A DNA stretch of 64,000 nt from Mustelus asterias. Its lineage: Eukaryota. Each line of letters starts with the position of its first letter. Positions within the stretch are counted from its first letter, which is position 1. Location of the stretch: contig NW_027591652.1 in NCBI RefSeq assembly GCF_964213995.1, positions 1-64,000 on the forward strand, written 5' to 3'. The notes under the pieces are model-generated. The model searched no databases, was not told the DNA's origin, and worked only from the letters and a program-made list of their open reading frames with translations. Shown here in pieces: positions 34,530-45,256 of the stretch. Both the position numbers and the translations under genes were made by a program.

Positions 34530-35215
34530 TTTTTTTTTAATTTCAAAAATATACTTTATTCACAAAAAAAACTCTCCAATAAAACATTGCAAAATGACAG
34601 ATCCAAAAGTCATAAACAGTGCAAAAAAGAATCATTTTTACAGTACAATACAGTGCTTATTTACAAAAACATTACATTTTGTTATATTTCATTTCTTAAA
34701 ACTATATACATGTGTCAGAGTTTACTGTGTGCCGTTATTTTTCAGGTTGGCACACAGTTACTCAGGCCGAGGGTATTCTGCAGTTACCCGGCCCTCGGTC
34801 TGCCTCAGTTGAGACGCTTTACACGGTGGCCTTTCCCCATTGTGCCTTGGCGGCGGCTGCCCCAAGCTTGAGCGCGTCCCTGAGCACGTAGTCCTGGACC
34901 TTGGAATGTGCCAGTCTGCAACACTCGGTCGAGGACAATTCTTTCAGCTGGAAGATCAGCAAGTTTCGGGCGGACCAAAGCGCGTCCTTCACCGAGTTGA
35001 TGACCCTCCAGCAGCAGTTGATGTTTGTTTCGGTGTGCGTCCCCGGAAACAGCCCGTAGAGCACAGAGTCCTGCGTCACCGAGCTGCCCGGGACGAACCG
35101 CGACAAATACCACTGCATCTGGCTCCAGACCTTCTTTGCAAAGGCACATTCCACAAGGAGGTGTGCGAGCGTCTCATCAGCCCCGCAGCCGCTTCGAGGG
35201 CAGCGTGTACGTAAG
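34530..35215 (-). mobile_element. Tx1/L1-clade LINE 3' end
   Basis: CPRSGCGADETLAHLLVEC zinc-finger-type C-terminal motif; AATAAA and A-tail at ~34530-34560. Confidence 0.8.
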
Positions 35216-36645
35216 CTGAGAGGATCCAGTGACACTATAGCAGTTTAATGCGAGTGCGGATTGGAACGAGGTTTTACTTGCTTCAACTTCCCTTTTACAG
35301 AGAGAACAGCGACAATGTGGGAAGGCAGCAACTGGGTGTTCTGGGGGTGGGGAGGGGGAATTTCAGATAGGCAATTGTGGAATAAACACATTTAAAGTAA
35401 TTTCCCAATCGCGATTTCAGCCTAAAATTTAAACACAGTCCGATATGATTGATTCGTGTTTGAACATGTATTTCAGATCTGAGTCCTGGAAATTATGTCA
35501 CTTACTTATTGTCCTCAAATGATGAGACAGAAACAGAAGTAGTTTTTTTTTCAAGTTTCAAACATGATATTGCAAGGATTGTCTTTGTTTTATTCTGGCA
35601 CTCACTAATCAACATCAGCTTTATGATATTGAACTGCGCTCGCAGGGAGTCTTACTCATGTTTGCAGACAATCGTGAAACAAACAACAGCAACAGCACCG
35701 GTCAGGCAGCCAAACCTCTCCATCTCCAGCTGGAGAAATTGGACTCTGAAGAGTTGATCAGAATAAGGACTCACTTACGGAATTTATGATGGAAACCAAT
35801 CCAACCCTGCACTTTGCATTGTGTTCGGGAGCTCCTGTCTGTCGGATTGTAAAATAGTAATTGCTTAACGTTGCAAAGCCAATGCAGAGAGCGGACTGGC
35901 CAAGCCAGAATCCATCTCCTAATTGCCCCCAAAACCAATTCAAATTGAATCTAATTCATGGTCCTCGCAAAAAATCCAAGCTGACATGAAAGAGCATCGC
36001 ACCAGATCTTGGGCTCGATTTGATGCTTGATCCGAGCCCAAAGACCGAGATGCCTGCTTTCTGTTTCAGTTATATCCAATCAAAAACCGAATTGGTCCAC
36101 TCAAAGGTCGCTGCAAGAGAGACATTGCAGATCGAAGCTGACAACACAGGGCCCATTCTTCCAGTCTTTGGCTTGATTAACAACATCCTAGCTGATTGGA
36201 GCAGGTATTATATTTCTTCCAGTGCTTGACCTGAGCTTCATCTTAGCAAAAGGCCCAGATGGCGTTTTTTTAAAAAATGATTCAAAAGAAACCTCGATGT
36301 AACCTTATTGATTTCTATCAAGTGCAGGATTAGCAAATTACACTTGATGTTAGACAAAGGCTAGAATCTGGATAGATACAGCCACTGTGAGCAGTGCTGT
36401 TCTCAGCCGCATAAAACACACACCCAGCGGGAACCACATTAACCTCGGACTCAACATTCACCCATTTATTTTCCAGCTATGACCGAGAAAATTAACTGCA
36501 GAACCCGATCAGACCGGCAGATCCGCCATCAAATCAGTTTACAGGTTAAACCAGTTTCTGATCAGTTGTAAATTCCCACAAACTCAGGGCTGGAGATTCA
36601 GATCAGCTCCGGGAGAGATGTTTCTGTCCCTCAGACCAGACCCAC

Positions 36646-36743
36646 TGACGTCAAAGGGCTGCATGGTGACGCCGCACATGCCCGCATTCTGACGTCACAG
36701 AGGCGGATACTCTGATGTCACAATGCCTGTTGCTCTGACGTCA
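36646..36743. promoter_or_regulatory. CRE (TGACGTCA) cluster upstream of V6
   Basis: TGACGTCA at 36646, 36690 and 36736, and TGATGTCA at 36713; the last three sites are on a 23-bp period. Confidence 0.55.
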
Positions 36744-37125
36744 CAATGCGGGATGCTCTGACTCTTGCGCACGCTCCTCCCCCACACCCTATCGATGCTG
36801 GAGCTCCCTCACTATTTCACTTCCTGATCAAAAGTCCCAGAGATCCAGCTCTGGTCGCGAGAGTATAACTGGTGTTGGGCTCAGATTCATGTCCAATAGC
36901 TTTGCTTTCCCAGGAGCTTTTCCTGTCCTGAGATCTTTCTACAACTTTTTTAAAAATACTTTTCCAATTCAATCAAATCAAATCCAATTCAAAGTCTCAA
37001 CAAGTTGAGACATTTCAGATCCAGGCTGACAAGACAGGGCGAGCGACCAAATCACCCTGTCCTGGGCCTGATCTACATGAGCCAAGCTGATTGGAGGTGT
37101 TTTACAAGTGTCGATAGGATCCGAC

Positions 37126-37642
37126 ATGAAGCTCAGCTTCGCTTTAGTGATCATCTCCCTGGATTTCTTACTCTTCCCTCAGTGTAAGTGTGGTCGCTAT
37201 TTCTGACAGCGATATTTCACACATTAGCGATGCTATGTTCTGTTAAATAGTATTCTGTTTTGTTGTTATCTTGTATTATGCGTCCAATTGTACTTTATTG
37301 TGCAACATTGTATTGCAGTATGAGATTTTAATTTTATGATGTTGTTGCATATCTACATATCCTTCCCAGATGCCGCTGGTAGTGAAGAGGTATCACAGTC
37401 CCCAGAGTCTGTGGTGGTTACCGAGGGAGACCTGGCATCGTTGAACTGTTCCACTACAGCAGCTGGACTGGTCCTACAATGGTACAGACAATACCCGGAC
37501 CGAACCGTGCAGCACCTGGTGAGCGGTACCAGCGATCAGGGCAGGATCAGGGCTCGGAACATTGTTGCAGAGAAACGAAGCGCTCTGAGTGTTGGCGACA
37601 CTCGGGTGACAGACACTGCTACCTATTTCTGTGCAGTGGACG
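37126..37642 (+). CDS. TRAV: TCR alpha-type V gene segment V6 (leader 37126-37183, V exon 37370-37642), short CDR2 region
   Basis: Leader MKLSFALVIISLDFLLFPQ|Y with GTAAGT donor. EEVSQSP...ASLNC...WYRQYP...DTATYFCAVD, followed by a perfect RSS. Confidence 0.93.
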
Positions 37643-37681
37643 CACAGTGTTGTAAAGATTAATGCGAGTCGTACAAAAACC
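37643..37681 (+). other. RSS of V6 (CACAGTG-23 bp-ACAAAAACC)
   Basis: Perfect consensus heptamer and nonamer, 23-bp spacer. Confidence 0.95.
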
Positions 37682-38322
37682 TATAGAGGAGCAGTCCTGA
37701 CAGTTTGTCGCCTGTGCTTCATCAATGAGATAGACATTTTATAAACTTTATTGTAGTAAATCCAGTGAACAACACAGCCCTCCCGAGGACAGCCCAATCC
37801 CTCTGTACCTCAGAATTTTGTAATCTTTCACCGTTTAAATATTAAGTGTATTTTATATTCATCCTGCCAATATGGACATTTTCACATTTGACCACATTAT
37901 ACTCAATTTGGCGGAGCTTTGCCAATTCACTTAACCTACTTATGTTTCTTTATCGTATCCTTCCACGCACTTCACCATTTATCTTCCTACCTATCTTTGT
38001 GTTGTCTGCAAATTTAGCATCCATATCTGCTCTGTAAATATTACAGTGTATTCTAACAATTAATCCAGTTCTCCTTGATTACTGCTCTGTGACATCTCAC
38101 TGTGTAATCCAACAAGCAATCCAGTTCTCTTAGATTACTGCTCTGCTACATATCATCGTGTATTCCAACAATTAAAGCAGAGTTCTCCTGCATTACTGCT
38201 CTCTATCCTTTAACTGTGTAATTGAATAATTCATCCTGTTCTCTTGGATTGTGGCTCCCCAACATATCCATGTGTTATGGAACCCGCTCCTGAAACAGTG
38301 AACACAAAAACACGGTGAGGGA

Positions 38323-38336
38323 TCGCCCTCTGGTGG
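38323..38336 (-). promoter_or_regulatory. CTCF-like motif
   Basis: CCACCAGAGGGCGA. Confidence 0.65.
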
Positions 38337-39036
38337 TGATGTGAGGTAAATGGGAGATCAGTGAATTCTCAGATTACTGGAAGATCTTGTTGCAGGATTT
38401 TGCTGCTGTATTTTTTCTTGTTCTCATGATTCTTATTATAATATACTTAAATTCAGGTGGACTCATGCACGGAACTAATACGAACTTCAGTCTGAATCCT
38501 CATCAATTAATTGCTTTATCTGTTTTGAATGTTCCAGGCCTTTCTGTTAAACTATATTCGTGTTACAAAATTTGAAACCACAGCAATACTGCTAAGATTC
38601 GATCTCTTATTAAAGTTCTCTCCACACATCGAAAGGACGTAAATTTGACTCCAACCTCACATTTATCTGACAGATTGTCGGATTTCAGTGCACCTGCTTC
38701 AAGTTTAAACTTTCCTCAGAGTTGTCATGTTGATATTTTGGCTAACACATCAGCTGTCCCCTAATGGGGCTTGGGGAATTTATTGAAATAGGAGACTGGG
38801 AGAAATTGCATGTTCTAAATTCTGCACGTTCCTGGAAAACGGTTGAGGGAGAGAGGGGCTTTGAGACACAGAGAGAGGAGACAGACATTAGCCGCCAAAA
38901 TATTGAGAGTGCAGGATGGACACCGAGGTGAACAGAGAACCAGAGGCGCAGAGAAAGACAGGCAGGAGCAGGTAAAGTTATTGGGCTACAACCAATGTTG
39001 TTCGGTGGCCAATTCTTGACAACACTGAGCAACAAG

Positions 39037-39212
39037 CCAATCCTGTCATTGGGTAACGCCTCTTAGTCTCCCAATAAATGAGGACTGCCCATGATATAAA
39101 ATTACTTCTTCACATCAGAGTACAAGAGTTGACATAATTTTACAATTCTGCTGATTTTGTGGAATTCTTAAGCTGGGAGCATGTTCTCCCAATGTTCTTC
39201 ACTACTTTGTCG
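39037..39212 (+). pseudogene. Orphan V promoter and truncated leader (V1/V4/V5 family)
   Basis: CCAATCCTGTCATTGGGTAACGCC matches the V5 promoter CCAATCCTGTCGCTGGGAAACGCC. ATG at 39181 lies at the same ~119-bp spacing and starts MFSQCSSLL, then is cut off. Confidence 0.55.
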
Positions 39213-39339
39213 AGGAAACAATGACTGAACACAGGGGGTGAATGTGAGAAGCTGAAGTTTCCACTTGAAGACATTCCCAGTGTCTCTGAGCAGCTGAACT
39301 GGGGAAGCCTTTGGGCAGAGACTGTGCTGCTGCTATTGC

Positions 39340-39800
39340 CCTTCCTGGCCACCAGGCGTCGCTGTAACACTCCCGGGGGGGGCTGCTCCTCCCAGTGTCA
39401 CCTCTTGCCCACTCCGGCCCGGCCCATGCTCGTTGGCGGGACAACAGGGGGGGGGGGTCAGTCGAGGGGGCGGGGCTATCTGTGCGCATGTGCGGGACGG
39501 GAATGCTCCCAGAGGTCAGCGCGCGGGGACGCCGCCGCATTGATGCCGTCTCCCCTGGCAACGCAAGATGGTCGCCGCCGCCGTCTCCCTTGGCAACGGA
39601 ATATGGCCGCTGGCCGTCTCCCTTGGCAACGCAAGATGGCCGCCGGCGGTGGGTGTCATTGCGGCGCACGCGCAGTGAGGTCTGTCTGCAGCCATTGTCC
39701 AGATTGCCCCCAGTGGATGGGGTTGGGATTGTGCAGCAGATGGAGCAACAATCCCAGTTTCAATAGGGGGACAGAAGCTGCAATGCTGCCCCCTGTTGGT
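39340..39800. promoter_or_regulatory. CpG-rich promoter-like module, copy 1
   Basis: GC box, TGCGCATGTGCG (NRF1-like), three 33-35-bp repeats with CYTGGCAAC (RFX half-site-like) and AAGATGGCCGCC (YY1-like), and CTCF-like CCAACAGGGGGCAG at 39786-39799 (-). Confidence 0.55.
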
Positions 39801-40304
39801 CACTTCTCCCAGTCTCAGCATTGCAGAGTGTTTAAACAAGAGTGCATTGTCACAGCAGCACCTTGACCTTCAGTTTCAGTTTATTTATTAGTGTCAGAAG
39901 TAGGCTTACATTAACACTACAATGAAGTTACTGTGAGAATCCCCTCGTCGCCCACACTCCGGCGCCTGTTCGGGTTACACTGAGGGAGAATTTAGCACGG
40001 CCAATGCACCCTAACCGGCACATCTTTCAGACCGTGGGAGGAAACCGGAGCACCCGGAGGAAACCCACGCAGACACGGGGAGGGGACAGCCCGGGGGAAA
40101 GCTCCATTCCAACTGTCCCTGGAGTGTCAGATTAACCTGGGTCACTCACGCACCCCCCCGGCTAAGACTCACCTCCCTCAGACAGTGAGACCCTCCTGTA
40201 TCACTCACCTTACTGTAGTCAGATACCCTCAGACTCAGCACTGGGCCCTGGGCGTGTTCTTTAAATGCTGCGACCTATCGTGGAGGAAAGAATTGGGAGG
40301 ATTT

Positions 40305-40932
40305 TGATTTGATTTATTATTGTCACATATATTGGGATACAGTGAAAAGTATTGTTTCTTGTATGCTGTACAGACAAAACATACCGTTCATAGAGTACAT
40401 CGGGGAGAAGTAAAAGAGAGGGTGCAGAATGTAGTGTTGCAGTCATAGGTAGGGTGTAGAGAAAGATAAATCTAATATGTAGCAGGTCCATTCACAAGTC
40501 TGAGGGCAGCAGGGAAGTTCTTGAGTCGGTTGGTACGTGATCTCAGACTTTGTACCTTTTTCCTGACGGAAGAAGGTGGAAGAGAGAATGTGTGCATGAG
40601 GTCCTTAATTATGCTGGCTGCTTTTCTAAGGCCGCGGGAAGTGTAGACAGAGTCAATGAATGGGAGGCTCGTCTGCGTGATGGACGGGGCTACATTCACG
40701 ACCTTTTGTAATTTCTTGCAGTCTTGGACAGAGCAGAAACCATACCAAGCCGTGATACAGAAAGGATGCTTTCTATGGTGCATCTGTAGAAGTTGGTGAG
40801 AGTCGTAGCTGACATTCCAAATTTCCTTAGCCTCCTGAGAAAGTAGACGTGTTGGTGGGCTTTCTCAATTATAGTGTCGGCATGGGGGGACCAGGACAGG
40901 TTGTTGGTGATCTGGACACCTAGAAACTTGAA
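40305..40932 (-). mobile_element. Rex1-like non-LTR fragment (copies ~54037-54670 and ~51925-52320)
   Basis: YFLRRLRKFGMS...TNFYRCTIESIL, CITAWYG. Confidence 0.75.
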
Positions 40933-40952
40933 GTTGAGACCCAAATGACAAG

Positions 40953-41290
40953 TTGTCATAGTGTCACAGATGTTTACAGCATGGAAACAGGCCCTTTGGC
41001 CCAACTTGTCATGCTGCCCTTTTTCTTTTAACCCCTAAGCTGGTCCCAATTTCCCACATTTGACCCATATCCCTCTACATCTATCTTACCGATGTAACTG
41101 TCTAAATGCTTTTTAAAAGATAAAATTGTGTCCATCTCTACTACTACCTCTGGCAGCTTGTTCCAGACGCTCATCACTCTCTGTGTGAAAAGATTGCCCC
41201 TCTGGACACTTTTGTATCTCTCCCCTCTCACCTTAAACCCATGCCCTCGAGTTTTAGACTCCCCTACCTTTGGGAAAAGATATTGACTAT
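40953..41290 (-). mobile_element. CR1 3' fragment (copy ~54691-55030)
   Basis: FTQRVMSVWNKLP. Confidence 0.8.
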
Positions 41291-41959
41291 CTATTGTGTG
41301 TCAACCATAGAATAGCCACAGAATGAAGGAGGCCATTCAGCCCATTCAGCTGGTGTCGACTCTCTGCTAGAGCAATCGAGCCAGTCCCACTGCTCCACCT
41401 TGTCCCTGGAGCCCTGCAAATCTTTTCTCATCAGCTTCCCATCCCATTTCCTCTGGAAAGACAGCGAGGAGCAGAGAGGAAAGAGGGACTTGGGGAAAGG
41501 AAGGTTTCATCTGATGTTCTTGTTGGCAGATGCTCTGTGGCGGATAAAGCTGGCAGCCTCCTCCAGAAAGCAGCACAGAGTGAATGGAAGTGGCAGAATG
41601 TGAGTGAGATGAGACACGAGAGAGAGAGAGGGGTGAAAGCTTTCTGTTTGTCAGCAAAAAGCACAATGGTGGCCCTGTGTCCTTCAGGGAGCGGCCCAGG
41701 CCTCGCTCAAAGCCTGCCCTGTCCTCACACTCACTGGGAGACGGCCATTTCTAACATGTTGTCCATGTTGCTGAGCTGACACTGAGACAAACACAACAAC
41801 AGCAGCCACTATCCGGACAAGTCCTCACGGAGAATAAAATGTCCAAAGCCACTTAAAAGGAAGATTGCGCGGCAGGATTTGTCCCCGAGCTGTGGAGGGA
41901 GAGATTTGGATGGATGACCAGAAGCTGGGTCAGTGAGGTTGTGTTTTAGCAATGGAGGT

Positions 41960-42900
41960 CTAGAGAACAGAAAAGGCCCTTCGGCCATTGCATCTGTGCC
42001 GGTCAAAGACAAATCACCCAACTTGGCTCACGGCCTGGTAAGCCTTGGCATTGCAAATGCATAGCTAAGCACTTCTTAAACGTTCTGAGGGTCTCTGCCT
42101 CCACCACCCTTTCAGGCAGAGAGTTCCAGACTCCCACCACCCTCTGGGTGAAAAAGGTTTTCCTCACATCCCCTGTAAACCTCCTGCCCCTTACCCTAAA
42201 TCTATACCCCCTGGTCATTGATCCCACCACCAAGGGGAAAGCTTTCTTCCCGTCTACTCTATCGATGTCCCTCATAATCTTATCCATCTCCATCATGTTC
42301 CCCCTCAGCCTCCTCTGCTCCACGGAAAACAACCCCAGGGTGGAATCTTATCACCGTTCAGACCGGCAGGATTTTCCCATCCCACTGCAGTGAAAGGAGA
42401 TTTGGCTGGTCACCAGATTCTCCGACCTCGCTGAGCGGGAGTGTGGCGTCAACAGGTGGTAAGATCACACCCTCAGTCTATAAAATCTCTCTTCAGTTCG
42501 AGTGGCGGCACGGTAGCACAGTGGTTAGCACTGCTGCCTCACAGCGCCAGGGACCCGGGTTCAATTCCGACCACGGGTTACTGTCTGTGTGGAGTTTGCA
42601 CATTCTCCCCATGTCTGCGTGGGTTTCCTCCGGGTGCATTGTCCATGCAAAATTGCCCTGAGGGTCCCACGATGTATAGGTTAGGGGGATTAGCGGGAAC
42701 ATACGTGGGGTTACGGGGTAAGCCTGGGTAAGAGTCCGTGCAGATTTGATGGGTCGAATGGCCTCATTCTGGACTGAAGGGATTCTATGATTCTATGAAC
42801 TAAAACTCTCCAGGCCAGGCAACATCCTGGTGAATCTCCTCTGCACCTTTTCCAGTGCTATCACATCCCTCCTATCCTGTGCATTCCACAACTGCACAAT
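41960..42900 (-). mobile_element. CR1 fragment with nested MITE-like element (~42337-42472) and SINE (copy ~55690-56630)
   Basis: FFTQRVVGVWNSLP; imperfect terminal inverted repeats GGGTGGAATCTT/AAGATCACACCC; CR1 resumes at ~42800. Confidence 0.7.
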
Positions 42901-43210
42901 TTTTCGATGAGGGGCGGCACAGTGGTTAACACTGCTGCCTCACAGCGCCAGGGACCCGGGTTTGATTCCTGGCTTGGGTCACTGTCAGTGTGGAGTTTGT
43001 ACATTCTCCCCGTGTCTGCGTGGGTTTCCACCGGGTGCTGCGGTTTCCTCCCACAGTTCGAAAGACGCGCTGGTTAGGTGTATCAGCCATGCTAAATTCT
43101 CCCCAAGTTGCCCAAACAGGCACCAGAGCATGGCGACTACGGATTTTCCACAGTAACTTCATTGCAGTGTTAATGTAACCCTACTTGTGACACTGATAAA
43201 TAAACTTTTA
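42503..43210 (+). mobile_element. Two HE1-like SINEs (42503-42800, 42912-43210; copies 56231-56527, 56640-56935)
   Basis: GGCGGCACGGTAGCACAGTGGTTAGCACTGCTGCCTCACAG head and core. Confidence 0.88.
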
Positions 43211-44399
43211 AACTCGATACTCGATTCCCCCATGTTGGCCTTGTTCTGTGATCATTAATGCGGATGTTTAGATTATTCAATAGTTCTTTAAGGACAGCAG
43301 ACACAGGGAAAAAAAAACATGTGACTCTGTACACAACAGATATATTTCAAGGGGATATTGCAGCCAGCTGTATCTGAGTGGCAGTAATCTTCCCTCAGAA
43401 TCAGACAGATTGTGGGTTCAGCTCAGAGCCTCAAATACTAGGCCCTTAGCATCGATCAGAGACTCCGCGCACAGCATGATGGGAGAGCGGACAAAGGAAA
43501 GTGGTGTTGAATTTGTGAGCCTTGTTTTGTGGAAAGCTTTAGTGTTTGGTCAGAATGTTAATTTTTGAGTGGACCTACCATATATTAAGCTGATCTTTCT
43601 CTATACCCTATCGGTAACTGCAACACTGTATTCTGCACCCTCTCCTCCTGACAGTTTTGTTTTAAACTCTTTATCAATGTCCTTCCAGGTTTAGTGTGAA
43701 GGTTTGTGTTCCACACTGAGCCCCTCTCAGTCTCCACACGGAGCTTGTGTGTGTTGCTGATGCTCCTGTCATTTTGGATGGATACTGTGTGAAGCTGCAT
43801 TCTCTCCCAGTGAGTTTCTGATCTACTTCACTCTCTCTGCGGCTGGAGCAATGTCCAGCAGGCAGCAGAGGATGGCAGTGTATCACAGTCAGCACAATAT
43901 AGACAAACAGCCTTTAGCAAGAGAGGCTTTGACCCGTTTTCAAACCAAATCCCCAATTTGATGTTTCCAGCTGCGCTCTTTACAATGCTGCTGAATATTG
44001 TGTGTCTTTGGTAAACTGGGATGTGTAGCATTCAGTCACATTAAGTGGTCAATAAATATGTCCACACTGTGTATATCTTTCTGTGTGTGTGTGTCAGCGT
44101 GCATGTGTGTCAATGTATTTAAATCTCAAAGGAAAATAGGAGCAGGTGTAGGCCATTTGGCCCATCGATCCTGCGCCAGCATTCAAACAGATCATGGTGC
44201 ACGTACGCACACAAAACACGCACACACACAAAACACGCACACACACAAAACACGCACACACCAACACACACAAAACACGCACACACACAAAGCACGCACA
44301 CACAAACACACATAAAACACACACAAAAAGCACACACACAAACATAACAAAAACACACACACACAAACACACTGAAACACACACACATCAAACACACAG

Positions 44400-44710
44400 T
44401 TAGCACTGCTGCCTCACAGTGCCAGGGACTCGGGTTCGATTCCCGGCTTGGGTCACTGCCTGTGCGGAGTTTGCACGTTCTCCCCGTGTCTGCGTGGGTT
44501 TCCTCCGGGTGCTCCGGTTTCCTCCCACAGTCTGAAAGACGTTCTGGTTAGGGTGCATTGGCCGTGCTAAATTGTCCCTCCCCGTCAGGGAGACTAGCTC
44601 GGGTAAATGCATGGGGTAATGGGGATAGGGCCTGGGTGGGATTGTGGTCGGTGCAGACTCAATGGGCCAAATGGCCTCCTTCTGCACTGTAGGAGTCCAG
44701 GATTCTATGA
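44400..44710 (+). mobile_element. HE1-like SINE (copy 60601-60910)
   Basis: Head, core and tail. Confidence 0.88.
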
Positions 44711-44899
44711 AAACACAGAGAAACAGATATTCTCACCCAGTAACACTCAGACGCACACAGTAATANNNNNNNNNNNNNNNNNNNNNNNNNNNNNNNNNNN
44801 NNNNNNNNNNNNNNNNNNNNNNNNNNNNNNNNNNNNNNNNNNNNNNNNNNNNNNNNNNNNNNNNNNNNNNNNNNNNNNNNNNNNNNNNNNNNNNNNNNN

Positions 44900-45157
44900 C
44901 ACAATCGATTTGCGTCTTGAACATGCTGAATGATTGGGCTTCCACATCCCCCTGGAATAGAAAATTCCAAAGATTCACCATCCTCTGAGTGAAGAAATTC
45001 CTCCTCATCTCAGTCTTCAATGGTCTGCCCCTGATTCTGAGATTGTGTCCCCTGGTTCTAGTCTCACCAGCCAGGGGAAACATCCAATCTACATCCACCC
45101 TGTCACACCCTGTAAGAATTTTAAGTCGGTTTCAATGGGATCGCCTCTCATTCTTCA
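44900..45157 (-). mobile_element. CR1 3' fragment (copy 61101-61360)
   Basis: TRGHNLRIRG...EMRRNFFTQR. Confidence 0.8.
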
Positions 45158-45256
45158 AGGGTTCAAGGCCGACTTCCGGACTTGATGGCCATGGAAGGTG
45201 TGCTCATAACGGGGCCAAACAGCTGGATTATCAAACAGTAAATCCTGCCGGGATCA

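Noticed and set aside
35625-35820. V-like fragments (ILNC..., NLSISS-LEKLDS) and a leader-like donor on the opposite strand
   Set aside because: Short, inconsistent in orientation and no RSS
20250-39212. NAR-TCR, IgNAR or IgH-like V segments
   Set aside because: All V exons have TCR alpha/delta-type frameworks; no VNAR or VH motifs and no D/J cassette
39202-39866. 150-180 aa ORFs in the GC-rich module (also 52863-53598)
   Set aside because: Open on both strands because of GC content; indels between the two copies shift the frames
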